A stretch of 62,846 bases of DNA, filler included, from Rhabdomonas costata (lineage: Eukaryota): the NCBI GenBank assembly GCA_019059605.1. It is 31 parts of 31 records of this genome, joined end to end, with 100 filler letters (N's around TTAATTAATTAA, not from the genome) between each part and the next. Parts side by side here need not be neighbours in the genome. Positions count along the whole stretch, not along the records: positions 52,801 to 54,729 come from JAHMHO010007267.1; positions 54,830 to 56,758 come from JAHMHO010007268.1; positions 56,859 to 58,788 come from JAHMHO010007269.1; positions 58,889 to 60,817 come from JAHMHO010007270.1; positions 60,918 to 62,846 come from JAHMHO010007271.1; 26 more parts are not named here. One strand, 5' to 3'. How positions within the stretch are numbered: position 1 is the first letter of the stretch; the number at the start of each line of letters is the position of its first letter. The notes under the pieces are model-generated. The model was not told the origin of the DNA and did no database searches. It worked only from the letters and a program-made list of their open reading frames with translations. Shown here one piece after another: positions 52,801 through 62,846 of the stretch. A program made the translations under genes and the position numbers.

Positions 52801-54230
52801 GTTGGGTTGTCAATGCGTGTGGGACAAGTCAATCTCCAAAGCACCGCTTCCGGAGCCAGAACGTCGTCGAGAAACTGAAATCGCTGACTCCCACTTGCGG
52901 CCTTACTCGCGACGAAGCCGAACCTTCGGGCAGCTTTCACTGCAAATGATGACAGCGAAAATGTATCCAGCATCACGGCTTTTGACCCGTCCAGCGGAGA
53001 CGGCCCCTCAGACCACCTGCAAGAGTTGCTCCGGTAGAGCTCCAAGGAGCGCCTTGTGCAAGCATTGTCCTCATTTTTGTAGTACTTTGGCGAACGGCCT
53101 TTTTTCCACTGAATGTATGAGATTGCTCACCGCGGCAAAAAAAAAGATGCTCGTCCCCCTTCCCCGCTTAGCTGCAAAATGCCTCCTCTCTCCAGATTGC
53201 TGGAGCCCGTGTCCTCCTCTTCAGTTTGGCGTGCAGGTACCGAACGCCGCTGAGCTGGCTGCCAGAAAAGTCTCTTTGTGGGCCCCCTCCAGGGAATCGT
53301 ACAAGTCGGTGTCACGCGTTTAACAGTCTGTCACGCTTGGGACTTCTTTCCGCCGTCAAGCCCCGCCCCGCGTCCCCGCTAAGAAGTTTTACGACCATCC
53401 GACTGCCTCTTCGGTCCGGAATCCAGCCGCGGTGTTCAGCAAGGGGATGTGTGCCCTGTTCGCAGTTGCAATTCGTGACGTCATCCTCCAGCACGCAGAG
53501 CTCGGATTGGAATCTGGATGATCTGTTGTGCGGCTCGCCGAGACTCTTGCAAAATGCTCTCTGTTTGATTGAGTGCGAGTTCGCCAAACTCAAGCGTTAA
53601 CAAAGCAAATGCAGACTTTTCGTACCGAGTTGCCTGACCAGCGCTTGCTGCCAGATGTTCCTCGAATCGGACCCAAGGGCGGGATCGTCGTCTTGGGTGT
53701 CCCAGTGGTCGAGCAGCATCTTGCCGATTTTGAAGAAATGCTGTGCCGGCTTCGGCTCCTGCACCTTTCTACCAGCCAATTTCTCATCCACACAGCGTGT
53801 CTTGGAGCATGTAAGGTGACCTGCCTTCTCCACTCCGTGCTGAAGACGGGGTGATGTGGACTTTTCTCCATGCACCCTCTGCAGCGGTCGCGCAACTCGG
53901 AAGGTGCAACCCGAAAGAGCCACATCGCGGGCAGTGATAGAGACCGCAGGAAGCGACAAGAAAGTCGGTCTCTTCACGCGGGCGGGCTGGGGTATTCAGC
54001 CTTTCCGCTTTCAAGACAGTCGGATCCTTCGGAAGGAGCGCACTTCCTGTGTCAACGACTGGACCGTGCGTCGTCACTGCACCAAGGCCGCTCACTGCAG
54101 AAAACAGGACTTGCAGTTCAGCATGCTCTCGGATGTGCTGTGCCGCGCTGTGGCACGCCAGCAAGAGAGGGAATTCCAATCCGAGGGGGACAGGGGAGGG
54201 GGAGGAGACCTCCTCCCCAGGTGACGTCAC
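52801..54230 (+). mobile_element. CRE-clade (SLACS/CZAR/Cnl1-like) non-LTR retrotransposon RT pseudogene
   Basis: Ordered RT motifs across frameshifts: FDPSSGDGPS (~52980), LQFGV (~53220), AFNSLSR (53316), GVQQGD (53431), WNLDD (~53510), GIVVLGVP (53681), ACLGACKVTCLL, GGLG (53981). Confidence 0.85.
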
Positions 54231-54582
54231 TTGAGGCGGGCACCCGCACCCCAGCAGTATAATTAGAGCACAACAAAGGGTAGGTCATGAGGACCGCCCT
54301 TCTCATCGCTCCAGAACGAACCCCCCTCCCCCAACATCACGCACCAGCGGGCGGGGGGCAGGAGTTGGCTAAATGTTCTCCCGAACTTTCAAGAACAGGA
54401 AAAAAGAAGCCCCCAATAAAAAGAAAGAAATGTGTGACTCTCCGAGGCCAATTTTGGAGTGGTGGAGGGGGGGGGGAGCGAACTGACAATCCATTTAATT
54501 CCGCTACCCACCACTCACCCACATACACTTTCAGGTTGTGACACTTGAAAGGTCATGTCACAGGTCAGCGATAAGACAAAGA

Positions 54583-54605
54583 ACTAACCCTAACCCTAAC
54601 CCTAT
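54583..54605 (-). repeat. Interstitial (TTAGGG)3+ telomere-like tract
   Basis: ctaaccctaaccctaacccta on the plus strand. Confidence 0.85.
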
Positions 54606-56963
54606 CAACGTCCCTTGGGTCCACAGGACGACAACGAAAAAGTAGATTGCACTGTTTATATATGCACACACACAACACTCATCTTCCATGACACTCGCGG
54701 GTAGGGGGGCCCACCTGCGCACCCCAAAANNNNNNNNNNNNNNNNNNNNNNNNNNNNNNNNNNNNNNNNNNNNTTAATTAATTAANNNNNNNNNNNNNNN
54801 NNNNNNNNNNNNNNNNNNNNNNNNNNNNNGGGGTTGGGTCCCAAATACCGCACATTGACACCCGTCACCCTGAGAATGCAGGTGCTGGGGCTTCCGTGTG
54901 GTGGACAAGACACCTCCTATGTCGTCCGGTGGTCGGTGGCTATCGTGAAATCCCAAAGGCACTGAATTAGATCCGGCCTCACGCCGGGGGCGGACCACCG
55001 TTCCGTTTCTCTAACCTCTTTGGGGGCATCTGCTCTAACGGTGACACGTTGCACTTCATGGTAAAACAGCTACAACTCACAGCAATACAGGCAAGAAGTT
55101 CGCTCATATACAAAAACTGGGGTCCGGACCGGCAGCTTCGTGTCGATGTGGCTGGTGTGGTGGAACAGCGTAAGCGTCTTGTGCGAAATTATAGACCCCG
55201 CACGATTGGGTTCTTCCGCCCCTGGTTTGATGCCAAAATGCACACCCTCACACAACCTGGTGTTGTCTTGTCAATTTTTTTATTTTGTCAAGGTCGTGGT
55301 ATGACAAGATCTCAAATTGTTTGAATTGATTTTTGGGGGCGATGCAGAGCCCAAGATGAGGTTGGACTCTCACGGGATAGGTGGCGATGCAGGTGCCCAG
55401 GGTGACTTTCTTTGGTTTTGCAGTGGTTTAGATCGCGATGCACGCGCTTTTTGCTTGTGCACTGCTGCAATCCACATCCGTCGTGTTTTAATGCATACAT
55501 CCCTGCATTTTTCCTCATCCTCGATCGCTTAATAATGTGCCCTGCGTGCCGTGATGGCACACCAACCGGTGGAGACGGTGCCAAGGGAGCCAGCAGTCGT
55601 AGAAGTACAGGGAGTTGTGTAGAGCACTTCATTGAGTCTTAAACTACAACGTCGTTGTAAGGTGGTAATCCCGTTGTATGACGTTCGTATCGCCTTCCTT
55701 TCCTCAACTATGTTTGAGCAATTGAAACGAATTCTTTCAGCAAGATTTTTGTGTATTTTACTTGCACTGAAGACAAAGACTGCCCCAGCTACGTTGATTC
55801 GTGGGGCCATCTAGTAGTTCATGCTCTCTCAAGACTAGACGCCCGACAACGCAGGCATGAGACTTGCAAAGCAGGAACAAGTTCCTAGAGTATGCTTTCA
55901 TCAGTCCCGACACTTGAACACAAAGAAACAAATAGTATGGAATTACGAACATGTGTGCTGCAGCCGCACATCATGTAAAGGCCTCTCTAGCGTCTCAACA
56001 GTGCACCCAAACGGATGTTATCGGTTGTTGCCCTGCCTCCCCAAGCACACTCACACCAAAGCGTTCCTACCAGTTTTGCACAACCCAACACAAAACGGTA
56101 ACGTATACTCTGAAAGCGCGGCATTGCGGGAGAGCTTCTGCGAACGAATTGCGAGCCACTCTCGCATCCTTGTGCAATATGTATGTATACTCCCATTTCC
56201 AACGCCTGTGTGCTATCCCAAAACATGGAACGACAATGGGAAGCGTTCTGCTATAGTGTTCTTTCAGGATTTTCTCCTTGTTTCGAGCAACTCGCCAAGA
56301 AACATGCGTGACCAAATATTTTCGATTCAAACGCTCCGCTGTCCCCTTTGCTCCACTCCGCCTCGTTTGAATGGCTCTCTTCAACTGAGACCAATGAGTC
56401 CAAAGCTTGGGGACAACCGCGAACCCAGAAAAAAGTCAACCTTCAATGCAAGAAAACCTAGAGCGGAACCACCTGAGACCTGCACGATCACTGCCTCGGC
56501 CTCCACATACCTGTATCGTGAAATCCCAATGCCAGCCTCGACACATCTCGCGATCCCACTGCGACTGGTGTTTCTGTCGGCACCCTCACAGTGTACCTCG
56601 GAAATTCCCCTCTTTCACTCACCCAACCGGATGTAGTCCTCGAATTCCAATCCAGTTACCGCAAGTACTCAAAAGTTCTTCCAGTCTATCTGATCTGTGT
56701 CACCGGTCTTCTTGTAACCTGAACACTCGACACTCCATATCAATGAATCCCCCCACACNNNNNNNNNNNNNNNNNNNNNNNNNNNNNNNNNNNNNNNNNN
56801 NNTTAATTAATTAANNNNNNNNNNNNNNNNNNNNNNNNNNNNNNNNNNNNNNNNNNNNGTGGTGGGTGAGGCGTCGGGAATCTCCTAACCTCATGGAGCG
56901 CCACGCAGCGGGAGGCCTGCTGTAAATACTAAAGTCCCTGCTTCGGCTTCCCCCTCTATATTC

Positions 56964-57065
56964 TTGTCATGTGCAGGTTTCTTTTGACTAACGACGTCCC
57001 CTTTTGCTCACTTGTTTTCGCTTGCGCACGAGTTCGAGTGGAAACCTGAGAGTAACCACCACTCT
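56964..57065 (+). repeat. Dispersed 102-bp repeat, copy 1
   Basis: Ungapped match to 60304-60405 with 11 mismatches (about 89% identity). Confidence 0.92.
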
Positions 57066-60000
57066 TAAAAGATGAGAGGGCAAAGCCGAAGCAGGCCTGG
57101 GGTCTTTTGTATATACAGCAGGCCTCCCGAAACGCTGCGTGGCTCTTATAAGAATATATTGACATTCCATTCGCATTCAAAAAAGTATTCAAAAAAAGAT
57201 GGTCAAGCATTGACAATTGTAGATGTTGATGGATTTTGGAATGTGAACTTTCCCTTAAAACGAATCTTGAAGGATCTGGGGCTCAGTACACAGTGAGCTG
57301 CAATAAAGCAAAAGGGCACAAAGTGGTTTCTGGTCAGAGTCGTCAGATATGCACCCCGCGGGCGTACTTGCACACGGAGAGTGCAGCGTCACAGTCATTC
57401 GTAAGGTACTGCGCCATCACCTCCATAATTTTGCGGTAATTTCTCCGCAGAGCGCCTTCGTTGGAGCACAATGGCCACACGTACCCGAAAAACTCGCGGA
57501 AGTCGTCCTAACACAAAGGGTTAAGAAACTGAAAGAAGCAAGCACTCTAACTGGCAAACGGGCGATTAACTTCGTTAATCACGCAAACAAATATTCTTTG
57601 ATACTGTGGAAAACGGCATTGCGAGTTTTTGCAGCGGCAGCAACGCCACACAAAAAAATCTGAAATGGAAGCGCGAGATTTTTTCAGAGGGAATGCAAAA
57701 GACAAAAACAGATTCAAATTAGAGACCGTTTTGTTCAGTGAGCACTGAGAAACGAGTTCATCCGCGAAGTAGCTTCCCCCCTCCTCCTTGGAGGGCAGGC
57801 GGTTGCTGATTTTCCCGCGGCCATAGGCGACGCGGACATTGCGGTGAGTGAGCTTGACACGCTGCATGAAAACGAAAAATCATTGCAAGAAGCCTCCACC
57901 CGGCGCTGCCGCACCACCCCGCTGCCATTTGTAAATTCAGTTATATTGACTCCACACTTCTTGGAATCCCGTGAAAATGTGTCACCATCTAATGGTGCAT
58001 AACCTGATATAACCCATCAGTTGCAAAGAACACAAACAACACGCGCGTAATGTGGGTATAATATGCGGGTATAATATACATGCCCACAGCAGGGGCGGAC
58101 TTTGTTGCCCGATTCCTGTAAATGATAGCTTGTGTAGCACAGACAAAAGAGAGGCAAAGCAACCCGTGTGCCCTGATTCTTCGACTTCCAGGAGGAGCGT
58201 GGAATGACCATCCCAACCACGGGGAAGAAAACTCAACAGAAAACTGTAAGGGAAAGAGACACCTCGTTAAAGCAGACCAGGCATAAAAACCGCGCACCAG
58301 GTGAGCACCGTTTTGAGTAGAAAAAAGAAACGTTGCCTCAGCCCACCCAGACTCATTTCAACACAACAACTCCAGTCCATCAGCTTTGATGCTTCTGTAA
58401 TCACTTTGGATGCAAGCTAATTCTCATCCAGATCACACGCATGAGTTGAGCAGTGAGCCGCCATGGTAAAAGACCTCAAGTGCAACAACTAAATACTCTT
58501 TTGGGAGACCAGTCCGACAAAAATATGAAGCGCAGAGTCGGAGGAAGAGGCTTTTCCACCTTGAACAAATCTGCATAAATGAATGCTTGAGCAGAAGCGG
58601 AACCTTGGGCTCAGGGCGCCCTTTCCATGTGACGAGAGCAGCCAAGCCAAGTGGACTATTTGCCCTCCGTCACAGAAAAAGGCGACATCAATACAGAAGC
58701 CATCGCCCTGATCCGCAACCCAGAGTCACATTAACCCTGCACCGGCAGCAGAGAGCACATCTGTACAGCAGTGCATATAAAAACAACCNNNNNNNNNNNN
58801 NNNNNNNNNNNNNNNNNNNNNNNNNNNNNNNNTTAATTAATTAANNNNNNNNNNNNNNNNNNNNNNNNNNNNNNNNNNNNNNNNNNNNGTTTTGTGGGAG
58901 TATGCCGCGCAGGGATCCTGGAACTGGTGCGAGGCATACTCCCGCAAAGAGATGCACGGCAGGGGTGTCAGGCTAACCCGATGGACGAGCCCCCCCAAAG
59001 CACGAGCCCTTGGGACGGCAGCACTGACCGGGGTGGGTGGGTCCAGCGTTGGCCTGGCACCTGGACGGGCCGCGGACTCAGAGCGAACGGGGGATTCCGG
59101 GGGCGAGGCACCTCTGAGGCGAAATGCCGCGTGGGTACCCACAAGGGAGGGGCAACCACCTTACTTTGCGACACAGCGTGGTGCCTTCTGGGCACCCAAA
59201 ATTGAAAGTTGTCAGGGATGGGTTTTGTTAAGGCAAGCGATGGTACAATTTCATTCACACCTTCACGGCAAAGAAGAACATTTTCTTTTGAGTCGGGTTC
59301 TGCTTGTTCGTGGAGAGACATTGCTCCATGCGTGCCTTACTGTTGCAATGTCACAGCCAAGCCGCGCACTACTCGAAGGAGCGGTGGACAGGACATAAGA
59401 CCTTATCCAGTTGAATGGCTAGTTGGTGAATGTTCGTAAAGATTATCCACTCAACAACTTTCAGCTTTTGATGTTACTTGTTGAAACTGAGTGACGTTAG
59501 ACAACACAAATAAGCATCGTTCAGCGACATTGAGGACCACGCCCTGTGCATGCCAACTGTGCCTGAAAGGCGAAACTCATTGGAAAATGGCTGCAAAAGA
59601 ACGTACTCGGGAGGGGAGGGGAGTCCTGAAGAAGGGACGAGGCTGGCATAAAGGATTGTGTGTGTGCGTGTGTGTGTGCAAATACCCGACCGAAGTGGTG
59701 GGCAGTGGTAGGCACGAGCGGAGCATGGAAGCCGGGGGCCCACTCGCAGGGGCGAGAACAGCGACCATGCCTAAAAAGAGTATCATCGTCAAAGCGGTAA
59801 TAACGTTCCATCGAAAACACAGTGGACAAAGTGCAGCGCACAAAGACACATAGAGAATAATGGACAAGTAAGAAGTGCAGGAGAGGAGGGGAGGAGCCAT
59901 AGTATAGTGAAGATGCCGAGGTCAACAAGAAGAAGACGAAGCTTTCCAAGTGCCGGGAGGTCTGACGGACCCTACTCGAAGATATAAAGACCCTCCCCCT

Positions 60001-60303
60001 AGCTGTCCTGCAACTTGATGAATCGATCACTATAGAACTATAGCGAGGCTAACCCAAGCACCGCTGGTACCGCGGCTTCGGGTGCGAGCTCCTTAGGCAG
60101 GGCGCCCCAATGGGCTGCTTGCCGAAGGAGATGCGAGCGGTGCTACAGCCCAGCGGCGGGAAAGCGGGACAGTGAGTGTCTAGAGCCCCCGCCTTGAGGC
60201 GGTGCATGTGAGCAGGATACGATGCGGGCGGGGAAAAAGGGGTGACCCTGTTTTCTACTGTTCTTGGTGTGGACAGGCGACAGAAACCAGCACTTTGCTG
60301 CTG

Positions 60304-60405
60304 TTGTCATGTGCAGCTTTCTTGTGACTGACGACGTCCCCTTTTGCTCTCTTGTTTTCACTAGCTCACGCGTTTGAGTGGAAACTCGAGAGTAACCACC
60401 ACTCT
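60304..60405 (+). repeat. Dispersed 102-bp repeat, copy 2
   Basis: Ungapped match to 56964-57065. Confidence 0.92.
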
Positions 60406-60917
60406 ACAAAGATAGCTCCTCATATTCTCGGCAGAGCAAGCAGCAAAAAAGCTGCCTAAGTACACACGAACCTTCGCAGGTGTATGGTGAGTGGACAAAT
60501 CGGACAGCCATTGTCGTAGACGTGAAAAATACGGGGGCCGGAGGAGGATAAAGGGAAGCAGCCTGCAAGAATATCAGAAAGAACCAGATGGGACGCGCAT
60601 CGCCGTCCACAACGAGCTAAGACCAAAACGCGTCTAAGTCCAACACGATTATGTCGTTATATCGTTTGTTTTCCCCCACACTCTCGGGCTGGAGTTGGTT
60701 TTCACGGGTGACAAGGCCACACAGACTCAAAGGGGGAGACCCGCATTGCAGATTTAACATGCATGAGCTCACAAAGGTTCCCGTGGGAGATTACAGGTTA
60801 TGAGGCACCCCCCACCCNNNNNNNNNNNNNNNNNNNNNNNNNNNNNNNNNNNNNNNNNNNNTTAATTAATTAANNNNNNNNNNNNNNNNNNNNNNNNNNN
60901 NNNNNNNNNNNNNNNNN

Positions 60918-61022
60918 GTGTTTTGTTTTCGAAAGTTTGACACAAAGATTGACATCTTCAGCGTGGCGTGCATCATGGTTGAGCTTATTACTGGAGAGTA
61001 CCTGTGGGACCCCAAGGATACG
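60918..61022 (+). CDS. SRPK-like CMGC protein kinase exon (subdomain IX)
   Basis: FDTKIDIFSVACIMVELITGEYLWDPKDT|GT matches the SRPK motif DIWS.AC..FEL.TG.YLFDPK. Confidence 0.72.
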
Positions 61023-62846
61023 GTGCAGAGGCCTGCTGGAAGCCACCGCGCTGCAGTCCCGGAGCGGGAAATCGACCGAGGTGCGCGCACATCGGGGAAT
61101 CACGGCTTTTTTTCGCAGTTCGCTGTCTGTCTGTCAACGGAAATTCTGTTCAATTTCTTTACACATGTTTGTTGTCGTCAGTTGAGTGAGTTGGTTGGTT
61201 GATGTAGATTAGGTTTTTCCCTGTGTCCTGTCCGTCCCTGCGTCTCCTCAGCGGCGTTCTTCATATTTTCCATTTGTTAACCCCAACTACCCCAACTAAA
61301 TTGATGCTCCCCGCATTCAACGTGTGCAAGCCGCACCGATTGTTCTACCCGCACAGAGCACTTGCAGCACATGGTTGCTGTGCTGGGGAAAGAGAGGCTG
61401 CCGTCGCTGCGGAAACGACCCTCCAGACACGCGCCTGAGCTGTGGCTGGCCAACGGGGAGCTCCGGATTAGTGCCGTGGCTCATCGGCGCATTCCGGGCT
61501 CCAGGCCTCTGCCCCAGATCCTCGCGGGTCACATCCCGCCCAGGATGGTTTCTCCCTCCTTCCCTCCTTCCCTCCTTCCCTTCTTCGCTATCAAATTATC
61601 ACGAACACGTGTCCCCTCTTTCGAGCTTCTGTCCAACACTCGTGAACTTTCCTGCGAGCTATTGCTGCTGGGGGTGTGTGGTTTTGCATTATTTTTTGTT
61701 TGCATTTTTTCATTTCGGAATCGGGATTTTCCGCATATTCAATTCAGAAGTTCTGGTTGGATCTTTAAGGTGTTGGTGTCAGAATCAGAATGCTCTTTTC
61801 TTGCGTTTCTCCGCTTTTTATTCTTTTGGTTAATTGAGAGAACACCTGGCCTGCAACGTTTCGGGTTTCGGGGGTGTGGAAGTGCGATTCAATCCGCAGG
61901 CGCTCTTTGACATGAGAAAGCCATTGGAGCGGGGGAAGCGCTGAAGACGCAGTCAGGAACCGTCAGCACGTTCACGGCGTTTTGCAGGTAGCGGAGCTTT
62001 CTGAGCTGTTTACGCACATGATGGCCTGGACGCCGGAGGAGAGGTGGTCGGCCTCGCGGTGCCTGTCTTTCCTGGACCGGCACGTGTTCACTGGCTCTTG
62101 AGGACGATCGAAAAAAAACTCGTTCTCTCGGAAACGGCGGTGCCCCGTTGGGGCTGATGTGTTCATGTGTCGTTGCACCTTCTTGTTCCTTTCCTTGGAT
62201 TTTCCATAGCTTGCTGTGATGTGCACTTCCCCTGTTTGATTTTGTAAAAGTTTCTTGTTAAATCGTTGCTGTCAATATAGAAACAGATTGTACTTTTGCC
62301 TCCCTTTTGATCCGCTTTCGTAGCTGTTCACCGCTCATATGGGATCGAAAGTGGAACCTAGTGGTATGGCGTATGTGTCTCGGGGGTGCCTGTTTGGGTT
62401 GCATGGCTCGGAAGCCCGCAACGGGCTCCTGCTGACGGCCATCAGTACATGCGGGCTGATCGCAAGGCGCGAGCACACTTACCTGAGACGGAAATAACCC
62501 CTTGACCTCTTGATCCCGAGAACGTCATATTTATTTCAGCCAGGCGTCAGAGAACTGGGTCACAATTAGTTGCACGAGAGAATTTCACAACCTCCCCACC
62601 CACACCCGCTTCCCACTCTCGAGGAGGAAATTAGGCAGCCAGGCCCGCTTCCTGCACACACACCCGCCTTCTCCACGTACGAATGAAGGAGAGATGCCCA
62701 CTCAATACCTCGGGTTGATAACCTGCCCAACCCGCCTTCGCTCGAATCACCACCTTTGCCATACATCTGGAAGTGAGAAATCAGATTTAGTGGTCGCAGC
62801 TAAAGCAGCTGGCGATTTCGCGAAGGCGGTGGAAACACCCAACACA

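Noticed and set aside
55340-55710. LINE C-terminal zinc-knuckle remnant (RLDSHG...CPAC...VEHF)
   Set aside because: Spacing is off and no RT motifs are visible, so it is too weak to call.
57750-58510. Kinase or pseudokinase exons (LEVFYHGGSL; RVKLTHRNV) on the minus strand
   Set aside because: They are probably exons, but there is no HRD or DFG motif and I could not build a consistent spliced model.
1933-60917. Regularly spaced TTAATTAATTAA palindromes as a biological array
   Set aside because: They are embedded in N runs and are an artificial six-frame-stop contig linker.
1-62846. Telomere-capped gene-sized nanochromosomes, or a multi-gene system across neighbouring contigs
   Set aside because: The ends lack a fixed repeat, genes are cut mid-exon, and the uniform length reflects size-sorted contigs, so adjacency is meaningless.

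Overview
This window is not continuous DNA. It is 31 unlinked contigs of about 1.93 kb each, joined by N-TTAATTAATTAA-N spacers, so no synteny can be read across the spacers. Most contigs start with about 8-10 G/T-only bases and end with C/A-only bases, the footprint of degenerate K-primer whole-genome amplification. The DNA is nuclear and eukaryotic, intron-rich and read in the standard code. GT-AG introns with a GTNYG donor consensus, trypanosomatid-type adenylate cyclases, CRE-like retroelements and TTAGGG tracts suggest a euglenozoan, probably a euglenid (inference). The supplied ORF track is mostly misleading because genes are split into short exons. Manual splicing recovers fragments of alpha-actinin, cyclophilin, a class B DnaJ, two or three nucleotide cyclases, a histidine kinase, a Ulp1/SENP protease, an SRPK-like kinase, an SF1 helicase with two frameshifts, a GH43-like hydrolase, a DUF229-like protein and two Cys-rich repeat proteins. 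One complete 80-aa ATP6AP2-like micro-gene is also present. Mobile DNA includes an internally deleted Merlin transposon, two CRE-like non-LTR remnants and weaker LINE remnants. I found no convincing novel multi-gene system. The best leads are a one-exon-per-repeat 6-Cys protein, the minimal ATP6AP2-like gene, the atypical splice signals and (ACTC)n tracts sitting just before splice acceptors.
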